The notes beneath the pieces were generated by a model. That model did not search any database, was not told where the DNA came from, and saw only the letters and a program-made list of their open reading frames with translations. A stretch of 64,000 nt of DNA from positions 40,548,001 through 40,612,000 of the forward strand of contig CAIIXF020000001.1 in assembly GCA_903813345.2 (NCBI GenBank). The letters run 5' to 3'. Shown one piece after another: positions 1 to 11,499 of this stretch (positions are counted from its first letter, which is position 1; every line of letters starts with the position of its first letter). Origin of the DNA: Owenia fusiformis (taxonomy: Eukaryota). The translations under genes were made by a program, and so were the position numbers.

Positions 1-209
1 CTTTAACACACAGGATGTTGCATTGTTTGCCCATATTGTAGATGTTCCAGCCCCCAGTAGGATGACATTGGGGGATCAGGATGCATATATCTTGATAGAA
101 GATTGGTCATTCTACTTTTACTTATACTTTTTGTGATGCCAAATTGCTTAAGGCAAATAACTTCAGCCAAGGTTATTATTTGGTATAATATATTTCAAAT
201 TATACTTAC

Positions 210-357
210 CAGTCTGAATCAATTGCTGCAATCTATTGCTGAGGGATAACAGTTGACTGTGGAACTCTGGGTCATAGAAGTCTCCTTTGCATGTCAACTG
301 TGCCTCGACGTATTCCTCATCGTGAGGACCCATGATGACCATGCACCTCACACAAAC
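210..357 (-). CDS. Isolated internal coding exon of an unidentified minus-strand gene continuing left of the window
   Basis: Acceptor tttaatttcag, then open frame VCVRCMVIMGPHDEEYVEAQLTCKGDFYDPEFHSQLLSLSNRLQQLIQT, then donor G|gtaagt; higher GC than the flanks. Family not recognised. Confidence 0.6.
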
Positions 358-1159
358 CTGAAATTAAACAAAAGCAATGTAATAATAAATAGCTCATAAA
401 TGTCATAGCTTATAGGTGATGAATTTTCAACCAGGGTTTAAGTTCTTTGATTGTTTAAATTACATTGACAGAATTCAAAAAATGATAAAACTTTACAATA
501 TATATGTTTCAAAAAAGGTAGGTCAAATGAGGTCAAAAGTAGGCCATATTGAGCTGAGGGGTATCTTTAGTTTCTAGAATTTTTTGCAATGGGGCATTTA
601 CGATGAACACTTGATAGCAGACACTAGTGCAAGTAGCTGAAACATGTTGAGCATGTTCTTATTTAAAGAACATGCTAAAAAATGTATTTTCTAATTGTGG
701 TTCAGACTTAAGGCGATTTTGATCTGTTCCCTAAATCACTGGTCTGATAAACAAAATTAAAATAGAAAAATAAGAAAAATGGTAAAATAGAATGGAAATT
801 CTTACCCTCCTACCCTGGGTTTATATATCTTAAATTCATGTGAGATGTTTTGTTATTATACAACAACCTTTTTCTAAAATGTTTGAATATATATGCCGGT
901 CAATGTGCTACCACTCGAGGTCAACATGACATATTTTTAACACTTTCATTCTACTTAATGATAATAAACCAGATTTACAGTAGCCATAAAATTACATATC
1001 AATTTTTTTTCATAAATTGCTCCTATGCTATTAATCAAGGGTCAAATAAAGGCTGATGATCCTCAACTCTGCAATATGCAATATATTTTTTTAATATATT
1101 CATTGTTGGCATTACGTAATTGGGGGAGCATTGTTAAGATGCAGAGGGGGAGAAACACC

Positions 1160-2625
1160 AGGGTTCAAAGATGACATACGCTTATAATGTAAATCTGTAT
1201 TGAGATGACATCGTCGCTGATTGGTCAAAAGTCGACAAACAAATGTCGTCAACAATGGCGGTTTCAAAATTTTCGAAATACGCTTCGAATAATATTATGT
1301 TCATTTCTGGCACGTAAACCAATATCATAGCTTCTCATTTCACATCAAGATAAAGAAAGGTGTACGGAATATGCCTATATCAATTAAAACATCCCATCGA
1401 AGTGTAGTATTTGATAACTTGCCGATGAAAATTCGAACGAACGAAGGTGGTAGGCAAGAGAGGTAATTATGTCTGTCATCTTTAAACTCTGGGGCTTTCC
1501 CTCCTCTTGTTAAGATGGGTGAACATTTAACTAAGTTAAGATAATGAGGATTATCCCGAAGCAGACACCATGTGAATGATATATATATATTAGTCACTAA
1601 TACGTAATGGTATGATTAGTGGGAGTGATAATTATCAGTGGTGAATTTCACTTAACTATTAACCATTACATAAGTACCAAACTGCATGAATTGTAGCCTA
1701 TCATCAGAATAACTTTTATCCAAGCTCTTTTTGCAGTTCCATTTTGGAATATGCCATAGATTTCCATAGTGATTTTTAAAAAATCCAATATCTGATTCCA
1801 TCTCAGCCAAAATCCTGTATCAGAACTATTCCTGGGATTTGGCTTGATACAATTTTTGTCATATACTTCTAAAACTTATTAATACACCCTTGGTATACGG
1901 AGCTAACGGAAATGGATCGGTATGGACGCAAAAGCTGAATCTGTTTAGAATAACGCTTATATTTGAATTTAAAACAGTCATAACTTTCTCAATATTGACT
2001 TATGCGTGTCAAATTTGAAATCTATGATTCCCCTGAATAATTTGAAGTACCCCAAATTTTTACTGATTTTTTACATATGGAATAAACATATAGATGGTCA
2101 TGATTGAATATGATTTTTTTCATTGCGATAATATAATATTGCCCCCTCAGAATAAAATTCATATTCTATCCCTCCCATTAAATAACCTCTATATACTCTT
2201 TGTTTTTATTTGAAATAAACAATTTACTACTTAGTACTTATAAGTCATGCGGTTTATACACATGCCTATATGGAATAATATATATTTATTAGAGAGGTAT
2301 ATAGAGTGGTTTCGTGTTGCACTAATAACTGGCATATGTCCAAAGTTGCATGCTTTCTACAATCAGGATAATTAATTATCAATGGCAGTAATAATTATCA
2401 ACTACAATACTATAAAAGAGGGGGATTAACCCTAAAGTTCAAAGATGACGTACGCTTATAATAAAAACCTGTATTGAGATGACATACGTCTCTGATTGGT
2501 CCAAATCGATAAACAAAAATGGCGGATTCAAAAAATAACGCTTCAAACAATATCATATTAATTTCTGGTGTTTCACATCAAGATGTAAGGAATATTTTTA
2601 CATCGATTAAAACATCACTACAATG
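1160..2625 (+). repeat. Two diverged direct copies (~1160-1400 and ~2436-2625) of a ~200-250 bp module with promoter-type motifs
   Basis: Shared gttcaaagatgac(a/g)tacgcttataat...ctgtattgagatgacat...ctgattggtc...aatggcgg...tttcacatcaagat; contains CCAAT-box (ctgattgg) and YY1-like (aatggcgg) motifs. Confidence 0.7.
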
Positions 2626-4953
2626 CAATTTGAATTGATGTGTGAAATGATTAGCCTGAAAATGCTTGGACAAGACTTTCCAGACACAAATTTAGGACAG
2701 AAAATCCAAAATGGCCATCTCAATATTTACCCAGAACACCAAAAACCTAATCAGTTGAAGTTTATCATACTAAGAATCATCCCTGAAAATTTGAAATTGA
2801 TCCCTTAAATGATTTGCCTGAAAAGGCGTAGACAAGGCTAAACATCCCTGAAAATTTGAAATTGATCCCTAAAACGATTTGCCTGAAAAGGCGTAGACAA
2901 GACTTACAGACACGATTTTACATAACCGACGCATTTCGACTCTTTAATCACTTGGTCCTCGTTTCATGGAACTTTATCGTCGCTAATTCTGTGCATGTGC
3001 TAAGCTCGTGTGCTGATGTATTATATGAAATCCCGATTTCTATCAAATGGGGTCGTGAATCACCACAATATAGCGTTTTCGATATCGTCAATGACAACGG
3101 AATCTGAATTTGAAATAATCTACAAAGACAACGGCATATGGTAAGATGTGACAACGGACTATGGTGGATGTGTTGCATTGCAACATAGAAAAATGACAAC
3201 GGTAAATAGACATTTTACTGTTGTCTTTATATACACCATTGTCAAATATTACCGTTGTCAACTCGATTTTACATCACATTTGACCTACACCTATCGTTGT
3301 CATTTATACAGTATCCATTGTCCTGTGTCATATTCCGATCGGTAAAATTAAAGCCTTTATTTCAATTGTAGAACATATTTAACTATATGATCAGTAGAAA
3401 AACACTTTGAGTGACTGCAGTACCAACGGAATTTAATCTAGTCGCTCTATCAAACATGCAGTTCATGAAAATCTAATTGAAGCGACGGTAATTTTCGCCA
3501 TTTGTGACAACGGTATCTGACTTTACCGTTGTCAGGCTATTCCTGAATATGTGTATATATCTAAGAAGGCTGTTTATACATGATATTCAGTATAAGGATA
3601 AAATGGTCATCTTAACCAATACCAAAACAAACGTTTCAATCATTTAGAGATTTATATTCCGTAATCGCCATAATAAACCCCTACCCCGCTTCACAAAATT
3701 CAAGAAATATTCTGATTTCTGATGAATCAAATGGGTGATAATAGAGTACTCACACAAAACTGCTGTAAACATGACTTATTTTGTAATTTGATACATCCTC
3801 CTCATAAATATCTATCATTGGGTGCTTCCCATATCATACTCAACTAATATTATCTCAAAATGGTCCATAATGAATGAAGGAAATGTTCAAATATAAGAAT
3901 TTTGTTTCGTCATTTATCCAAGAAAGCTTCTGCACAGGTTTCATGCAGATGTAAAGAGGTCATTAGTTTTCATGTTCTTAATATTTCTCAACCTTTACAC
4001 GACTTTTACATGAAAAATTATGATCTGTCATCAAATTAAAAAGATAAGATATAACTTTAGATCGATATCCAACAGTCTCTCATGGAAATATTGAAGATAA
4101 TCTGGGGAAAACAATGCTTTCAATTTGAGGGGCTCTGCTGGGGATTTCCTCAATCACTGTCGATATTGTCTAGTTAGATTCGTGCAAGATCCTTGCTTTA
4201 TCTTAGCGATCTTTACCGTCATCTCTCCAATAACAATTAGGGTAGATCAATTTTTCAACTTTTTCTCAGATCTTAGGGCTATTTAAAGGAAATAACCACT
4301 AATATGCCCTAAACTTATAACATTTTTTTAGCTCAATCCGTCAACGTTTAGACACCCCCCCCCCTACCGCATTTTCTGATGCCTATTCGCTATCATGTTA
4401 AAAATCATCAGAAAGTCGCAGTTGGTAAGTAGTTGTTTGTGACCCGAACCGTGTCTTCCGACCCAAGATTCGGCTTGGTGTGACACCTTTAATACCTAAT
4501 ACTTTCTTAATCTGTTTTAAGAATTCAATGATGTACAAATCAATATCATATAGTTTTGCATTATACATATTGCATTGATATGAAACAAAAAGTTTGTTTG
4601 GATTGAACAATACTCATATATATATATATATTTGTTCTTAATAACACTTGTGCTAGACTTACATCTTTAAGTCGATGGGATACAAACAAATTCCATATTT
4701 TTTCTTGAATCACCATTCAAAACATCCTAAATCATAACTTAAAAAAAACCTTTATCTCAACTTTTGGTCATAATAATGTACCAATAAATTATGTTTTATA
4801 TTAGATAAAATGCTAGATTCTGACTGATCAAAGAGATATAAATAGTTTTGACGGTTGGCCTTGACCTAGAAACACGTCAATTTGATGTATTTGGCTTTAA
4901 GAATCAGGCATCAGAAAAGTCAAAGGAGCTCAAGATGACAACATATGTATATT

Positions 4954-6368
4954 CAGTGTTTTCAGTAGGTTTGTCCAAGTTTGCGTCCCTGGGACGTAAC
5001 GATTTTCAAAAATACGCCTCCCCTTAAAAAACTGCGTCCCTTGAAAAAATGTTCCCGGGAATTCAAAGTCACGCTTTTACACTAACCGAAATAAAATTGA
5101 TAAAATTTTGTATCGCTTTTGCTATTTATCGGTCTATCTGTGTTCTGGCGAGTCTAGTATGCCATTGAATAATACAGATACCATCACTTGTGAGGTATAA
5201 CTTATATTCAACCATTAGAAACACATTTTCTTTGCGTATTTCGAAGCAAATAGCTACTGATTTTGCTTTAGTTTAGGGGCAATCTGTGCGAGGTTCAATT
5301 TTTTGATTCAGTTTCTTGCGCATGCACATTCTTAACCTTTACCATGCTGCCTTATTTCAGCAAATATATCCCACGCATCTGGCTTCTTTTTCAAAGAGTG
5401 CAAAAAATGATATGCCTGGACTAAATAATTAATATCTCAATAACTACTGAATGAATCTGGATAAAATTTTCACAAAGGGAAAAAAATGTTCTTATGAATA
5501 TTTTTCGTACAATAACATGACTGGGCATAAATATACCATGAATACTCCTCCGAAATCCGCCGCTCCGCCCCTTCGTCTGGTCAGAATTCAAATCTGAATT
5601 TGCAGCGATCGAATGTTCAATTTTTCAATTCAGAAAATATTCTAGTTTCTATTTTCGATGACCATTATCGGCTTCCAAGAGCCTAAAAAGCTCGAAATCG
5701 TAGTCCATTTCCTCCACATTTTCGTTGTGATCGTATTTGTCCGCCATTTTGTACGATTTGTTCACTTAAAACGACTAAAACACTGTTTAAATTGTTGAAT
5801 TGAGAATTATTTTTCGAAATATCGCCATTTTTAGTTCAACAGGAAGTCATGTTAGGCACTGAATAAATCGGGCAATCTAATTGGACAATACGAATGGTGG
5901 GAAAAAGTAAAGTTTTTAAAAGTTTGAAATTGGGCGTACGGGTCCGCCGGCAGTTGTGAGAGACATTTTAGCCTCGGCGGACGCGTACGCCGGCAGCACG
6001 CTAAAGGTTAAATAATGATCTTGTGATCGCACTTGACCAATAGAAAATGGTTTAAATTGGGTCTTCAGCTAGCAGCCAATCGTAAGAAGTGTACTGATTA
6101 CTGCTCGGATATTGAGTATTGGATAACTATTTGTCCTATCACATGCCTCATACTACATCGATCAGAAATCAACTTCCGGGAAGGAAATTTCAAAAGAAAA
6201 TGTTATTTCTTTTAGAAATAGAATTTCCTTCAATTATTTAGTGGATTCACGAAGTGATTTACGAAATTCAAATTGCGTCCCAAAAACATAATTATTTTTT
6301 TTAATTTACGTCCACCCAATCTTGATTTACGTCCTCTCCATTGAAGGACGCTGTTAATGAAATCACTG
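4954..6368. mobile_element. Non-autonomous TIR DNA transposon (CAGTG termini, hAT-like) with 6-bp TSD
   Basis: Left end cagtgttttcagta, right end taatgaaatcactg (imperfect TIR); TATATT at 4948-4953 and 6369-6374; no transposase ORF. Confidence 0.6.
5336..6007. mobile_element. piggyBac-type non-autonomous element nested inside the 4954-6368 element
   Basis: TTAA on both sides (5332-5335, 6008-6011); TIRs cctttaccatgctgcc / ggcagcacgctaaagg (14/16 match). Confidence 0.75.
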
Positions 6369-8839
6369 TATATTAGTGTTCCAAATGATAGTGAAAACTG
6401 GTGTCAGTACTACTGCGATCCAAGTTACTGTTAACAAATACTGTGATTTTGGGTTCACGTTTCCATATGCATTAGAGCTGGCATCAAATTGTGGAATGGT
6501 CGATTGTCAGTCGAATGCTCTCTGTGACACCCATGTCGACACAACACCTCTTGATCGACAGTCGGAACTCACAACATAATAAGCTATTTCCCTATGAATT
6601 AAAATCTTTGTTACTACCTGTGTATTTTAGTGAAGTTTTACCGCCTACATTTTCAAATTTTCTTTTTTGTTTTGATCGACTTCCTGCTCTCGAATTAGGT
6701 CTCGGGGCCCCTCGAGATTTACCCTCGAGATTTATTTTCAATGACTGCCCGGAAATAACAACAGAAATCGTAGTTTTATGTCTATTTATTGCTTTTTCGT
6801 CAAAGACTGATACTTGAAGATGGTTTACCTGTAAGTTAGATATAAAACATACAACTGAGGATGACTATTGTGCATCGTATTGCTATTTACAAGCCTAGAA
6901 AATCTTAAATCCAGACGGATTTTCTTCAAAATTTTTTTCATTTTTCGAATATCATTGGACCCGACAATGTCGATATCGTTGTCGATCGAGAGCTCCGACA
7001 TGTCGACATTAAAATCCTATTCGATGCCAGCTCTAATATGCATACATTTCTATAGATGTCTTTGATGATCAATTTGGTCCCTTTTATACAAATGTGGTTT
7101 ATAATCATGATTTATCAATGTCTTACGTGATTATCCATAATTCCTACATTGAATAAAGACATCTACACCCAGATATTTAACTAATCATTTCTCGAATTGG
7201 AAAAAAAACAGATGGCGCCCCTAACTCTCCAAAAAGAAAAAACACAGAAATATCTCCACTTGTGAACAGATAACTTGTCTTCGCTTTTTATTGATGTTTA
7301 GCAGTTAAGCAGGGGGCTATGATTATATGAAAGTGCTGTCCTATCTACATCCAGATATTTAACTAATCATTTAAGATGGCGCCCCCAACTCTTTAAAAAA
7401 AAAAACACAGAAATATCTCCACTTGTGAACAGATTACTTGTCTTCGCTTTTTATTGATGTTTAGCAGTTAAGCAGGGGGCTATGATTATATGAAAGTGCT
7501 GTCCTATTCATCATTCAATTAGGAAATCAGATACCAAATTATGTACAGTTAAGTAAATCGTATTTGCATGCCCTCTGCTATATTAAATTTAACAGATTCT
7601 ATGACAAAATAAAAAAAAACACCTGACAGTATCAGGAAATATTTTGATACTGTTAACATCTTTCTTCACAATTTTCACTTTGTCCATATCTAAATGGAAC
7701 ACTCATTCAATTTATTAAATGCATGGAACTGTTCATAATGAGCATGTGACCTATTTTTCTAATTGTATTTCTGAATTCTCTAAAATAACAATTGAAACAC
7801 TTTTCTGTGTTAAACCTTCTCTAAATTTGCTTAAAAGAGCCGGAAGCCCAGAACGGTGTCAATATCAGGCCTGCTTACACATGTTGATTGACAGAAGTTT
7901 CCCACCTCTGTTAGTTTTGAGTTTGAATCATTTGTTGCATTTCAATGTTGATATCATACTCTAAGATTCCAGTATAGATTTGTTATAATTTATGCTTATT
8001 ATAAATGATCAAAGGTACTTCATCAAGAAACTCCATGAAGTCTATGGTGTGGAGGTCTAATGCATCAGTGAATGACATTTTCGGCCATTTTATATCCCTA
8101 AATAGCATAATAATTATAACATTAGGAATGCTTTTTACTTCTCACCAGCTATCAATATGCATATGTCATGTACCTCTTGCATCCATACTAAATGAGTAAA
8201 ATATTCTTGAATTTATCCCCTTATTCGAATCCCGAGGATGCAAAATTTTGTAACAACCAAAAACAGATATTCATATGGCATATCAATCATGTAAATGTTT
8301 CGATCACACCTGACACACTTCAACTTGCGACAATTTGTTGATTTCAACTGAATACATTGCTTTGATAATAATGCAATTTTATGATTTTAAATTGGAAAAT
8401 AATGAAAAAAGAAACAAAATATATGTGAAAAAGCTGGTTTTTGAATGGGAGTGACCAAAATGGAAAAAAATACTGAAATATACATGGATATATTTTGAAC
8501 AAGCAACGATTTCGAGAGCTTTCAAATGAGTCTGCAACTTCATGCATGTCCTAACATCACCCAGAGCATTCTAGCGGTGCATCTCGACATGTTTAGAACG
8601 CTTTTTTTAGTTGGAAAAGTTGCAAAAAGTCCCTATTTCAAGGTTATGGAGGTCGATACCATGTGCATTCAGCTCACATAAATCGGTGTAAAATCATCAA
8701 AAACATGCTTAATCTATGTACTAAAGCAAAGATAAAGAATCGATGCAGTATAAGTCATAGGGACAAACATCAAATACATACCTAAAGGTTTGAAAATTAG
8801 ACCCAAATTCGCCTTGGATTCATGTACGCCATGGAACAA

Positions 8840-10870
8840 TAACACGGGCCGCCATTTGCAATTTGTTTGCGCATGCGTCAATTATGACGGAATGTTTTGT
8901 TCGTATTTTCACCGTAAGATGTCAGTCAATGATATCAATCTTTATTCAAGGCTGAGAAATTCATAAGAATAAACAAGCTGACCACCACACATCATCTGCA
9001 CCGTGGTCTTGCTAATATTCTAATTTCATGGAAAGCAGTAGAGTAGTCCATTGGTTAAACTATTTTCTCAAATTAATACAAATATTTCCTGAAAACCATG
9101 ATCACGGACGATTGTAAATTTGGATTACAACAAATATGGCAGAATAATTAAAATATACATATTATATATTTTGCAATAGTTTCCAATCTCATATAAAGAG
9201 GGCTGCATCGCAATAAATGTACAGTTCATATCGCAAAACGTGCTCTAATATATACTACATTCCAACCAAATTTAATTTACCTATCCCAGAACTTTGACCT
9301 AGTTGCCAATGACGCATGCGCACATCAATATTGCATCAGGTTTTCACATGTGGCTAGAAATATCAACATAAATTCATACTTTCATCGTCCAGTGTAAGAT
9401 TTAGCCTACTGATAGCATATTTGTTACAACAAACATATTCTCACTGATCCGTAAGTATAGGCTAATTGTATTTTAAACCATGAACTCAGAGAAAATACGT
9501 AATTTATTGCAACCGGAAGTACAGTTTCTTTTGATTTTTCTTCATTTTTCATCTTTGATTTTCATGATAGGCCGGATGTCAGAGATCGTTTAAGGGGTGT
9601 AGTAGACGGTGAACACCGCCTCTAATGCGTTGGATTGTCGTATGGACTTGCTTTAGAGGCGGTGTTTATCCTTGTAAATTCATGCCAATCGAAAGTTTTT
9701 CTTGACTATTTTTTGACGGTTCACTTTATTTTAGTCATATAAATCTGACCCTCGTATGATGTTATCTGTTGTTATTTTTTCTGATTTGGATATTTATTTT
9801 TTCTTATTTTCTTGCATACGAGCGTCATACACACTTCCCTCATCTAAATTGCGGGAAATGCTTTCCTGGCCTGTCTACCCAACCAAATTCACACAAATGA
9901 TAAATAAATTTCTTTGCTTCAACTATTGAGTATTTAATCTTACCTTAGGCACGTAAACCGCTTGGTAATTGAAGAAATATAAGCATGCCGCTTGAATTTT
10001 AAAATTTTTTCATTTTGTCATACCAAGGTCACTTCCGGATTAATCTGAGTCTAGATGTAAAACTATATCAAACGAAATCATAAGTATTTGTTACACGAAG
10101 ATTCAGTTGAAAGGGAACCAGTGTCGTTAAGAAGGGAAGTTATTTAGAAAAGTTATTTTTTCAAAATGAGAAAAGTGATAAGTATGAGAGAACGGCTTTG
10201 GAATCGATCTCTGCGTAATAAATAATTATGATTCCGTTTCGATACATGTTTTACATTTAGACTACCGGAAACAACATTTAGCAACATGGCGGGCGATAAT
10301 GAAAATATAATTCAATTGAATATATTTCGTCAATTATCAAGCGTTTGACATGTCTAAGGTAAGATTTAACACTTTGATGTTGGAGCTAAATAATTACTCG
10401 ATAATTTGTGTGACTTTGGTTGGTATGGTAACTATGGTTACCCAGACAGGCCAGGAAAGCATTTACCGCAATTTGTTCCATATAATATCTACGACCGTAT
10501 ATGCAAAGAAAATGATAAAAAATAAATATCCAAATAAGAACTTGGAATATCAGAGAGAAGCATATAACGGTCGGATTTATATGACTACTTTATTTTAACT
10601 TCTGCTTAGAATCTCTGCGTCATTTATAGAGAAATATAAACAAAGTGGATACATTGATGATTTATACAAAAACTTACCATACCTTTGTGGTTGTAGAAGG
10701 TTGAATTGTGCTAATTTTGTAGCAAAATCGCCGTTTGTCGCTAATGTTCACAAAATCTTTAATGTCGTTCTCTATTCTCACGAGATTTTGCTGCCATCTA
10801 ATTAACTATACAGAGTTTGTATCATTCATTCGACCATCATGTATTCGACGGAAGTCGGAAATCAATGATC
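8840..10870. promoter_or_regulatory. Housekeeping-type, probably bidirectional promoter zone upstream of EIF2S1
   Basis: Clustered NRF1-like tgcgcatgcgtca (~8868 and inverted ~9310), YY1-like gccgccatt (~8848) and aacatggcgg (~10283), ETS accggaagt (~9513), acttccgg (~10031) and ccggaa (~10265), tctcacgaga (~10776); several strong splice donors on both strands. TSS not determinable. Confidence 0.55.
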
Positions 10871-11499
10871 TCTATTCGCATAACATAAAAAAAAGTTTGG
10901 ATTTGATTTGAAGCCAGAACTGTTACAAGTGATAACAAACATATTGAATTAGTTTCCGGGTTTCCTCTAACTGAATTTACATTGTTTATAGAGTTCTATT
11001 AGTGCTCAAGAATTGTTACATTATTATCAATGTCAGTGACCTCTATTTTTTTGTAATCAGGTCATCAGTCATATCCTTTCACGCTCCCTAAGAATGAAAT
11101 ATTAAAATTCACCACTTACCTTCTTTCCCCACACTCCTATATTATCAGCATAGCTTTGCCGTACTCTGGAAACTACTCGTATAAGGGCACTTTGAACAGT
11201 TGAAAATCTTGTTTTATCACTTTCTTAAATATTATCTCCCAAGGAAAAAAAAATGGCGCTACTGGAAACAAGATATAGTGACAAACTATTTCTTTAACAA
11301 AAGATAAAACAAGCTCTTGAATCACACAAAGTTCCTGATAATTTCCAGAAAATGGCCAAGCAATGTCACTAATTAATGTATGAAACATTTGAGGGTAGAA
11401 GGCAGTGGCCTCTTATAATTTGTGACAAGAGGCATCAGGTACTGATTGACTTCATTCAAAAATTTTATTCAGATGTTATTTTGTATTTTCAGATTCAAA

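Noticed and set aside
163..357. ATP6V1D as the divergent neighbour of EIF2S1 (vertebrate arrangement)
   Set aside because: The exon peptide shows no resemblance to V-ATPase subunit D.
7160..7505. ~155-bp local duplication (also a ~65-bp duplication at 2779-2901)
   Set aside because: Simple local duplications with no coding, structural or terminal-repeat signal.
9593..9673. tRNA gene (ggggtgtagtagacggtgaacac… resembles a tRNA 5' end)
   Set aside because: No B-box/T-loop GTTCRA and no cloverleaf; it folds better as one long hairpin.
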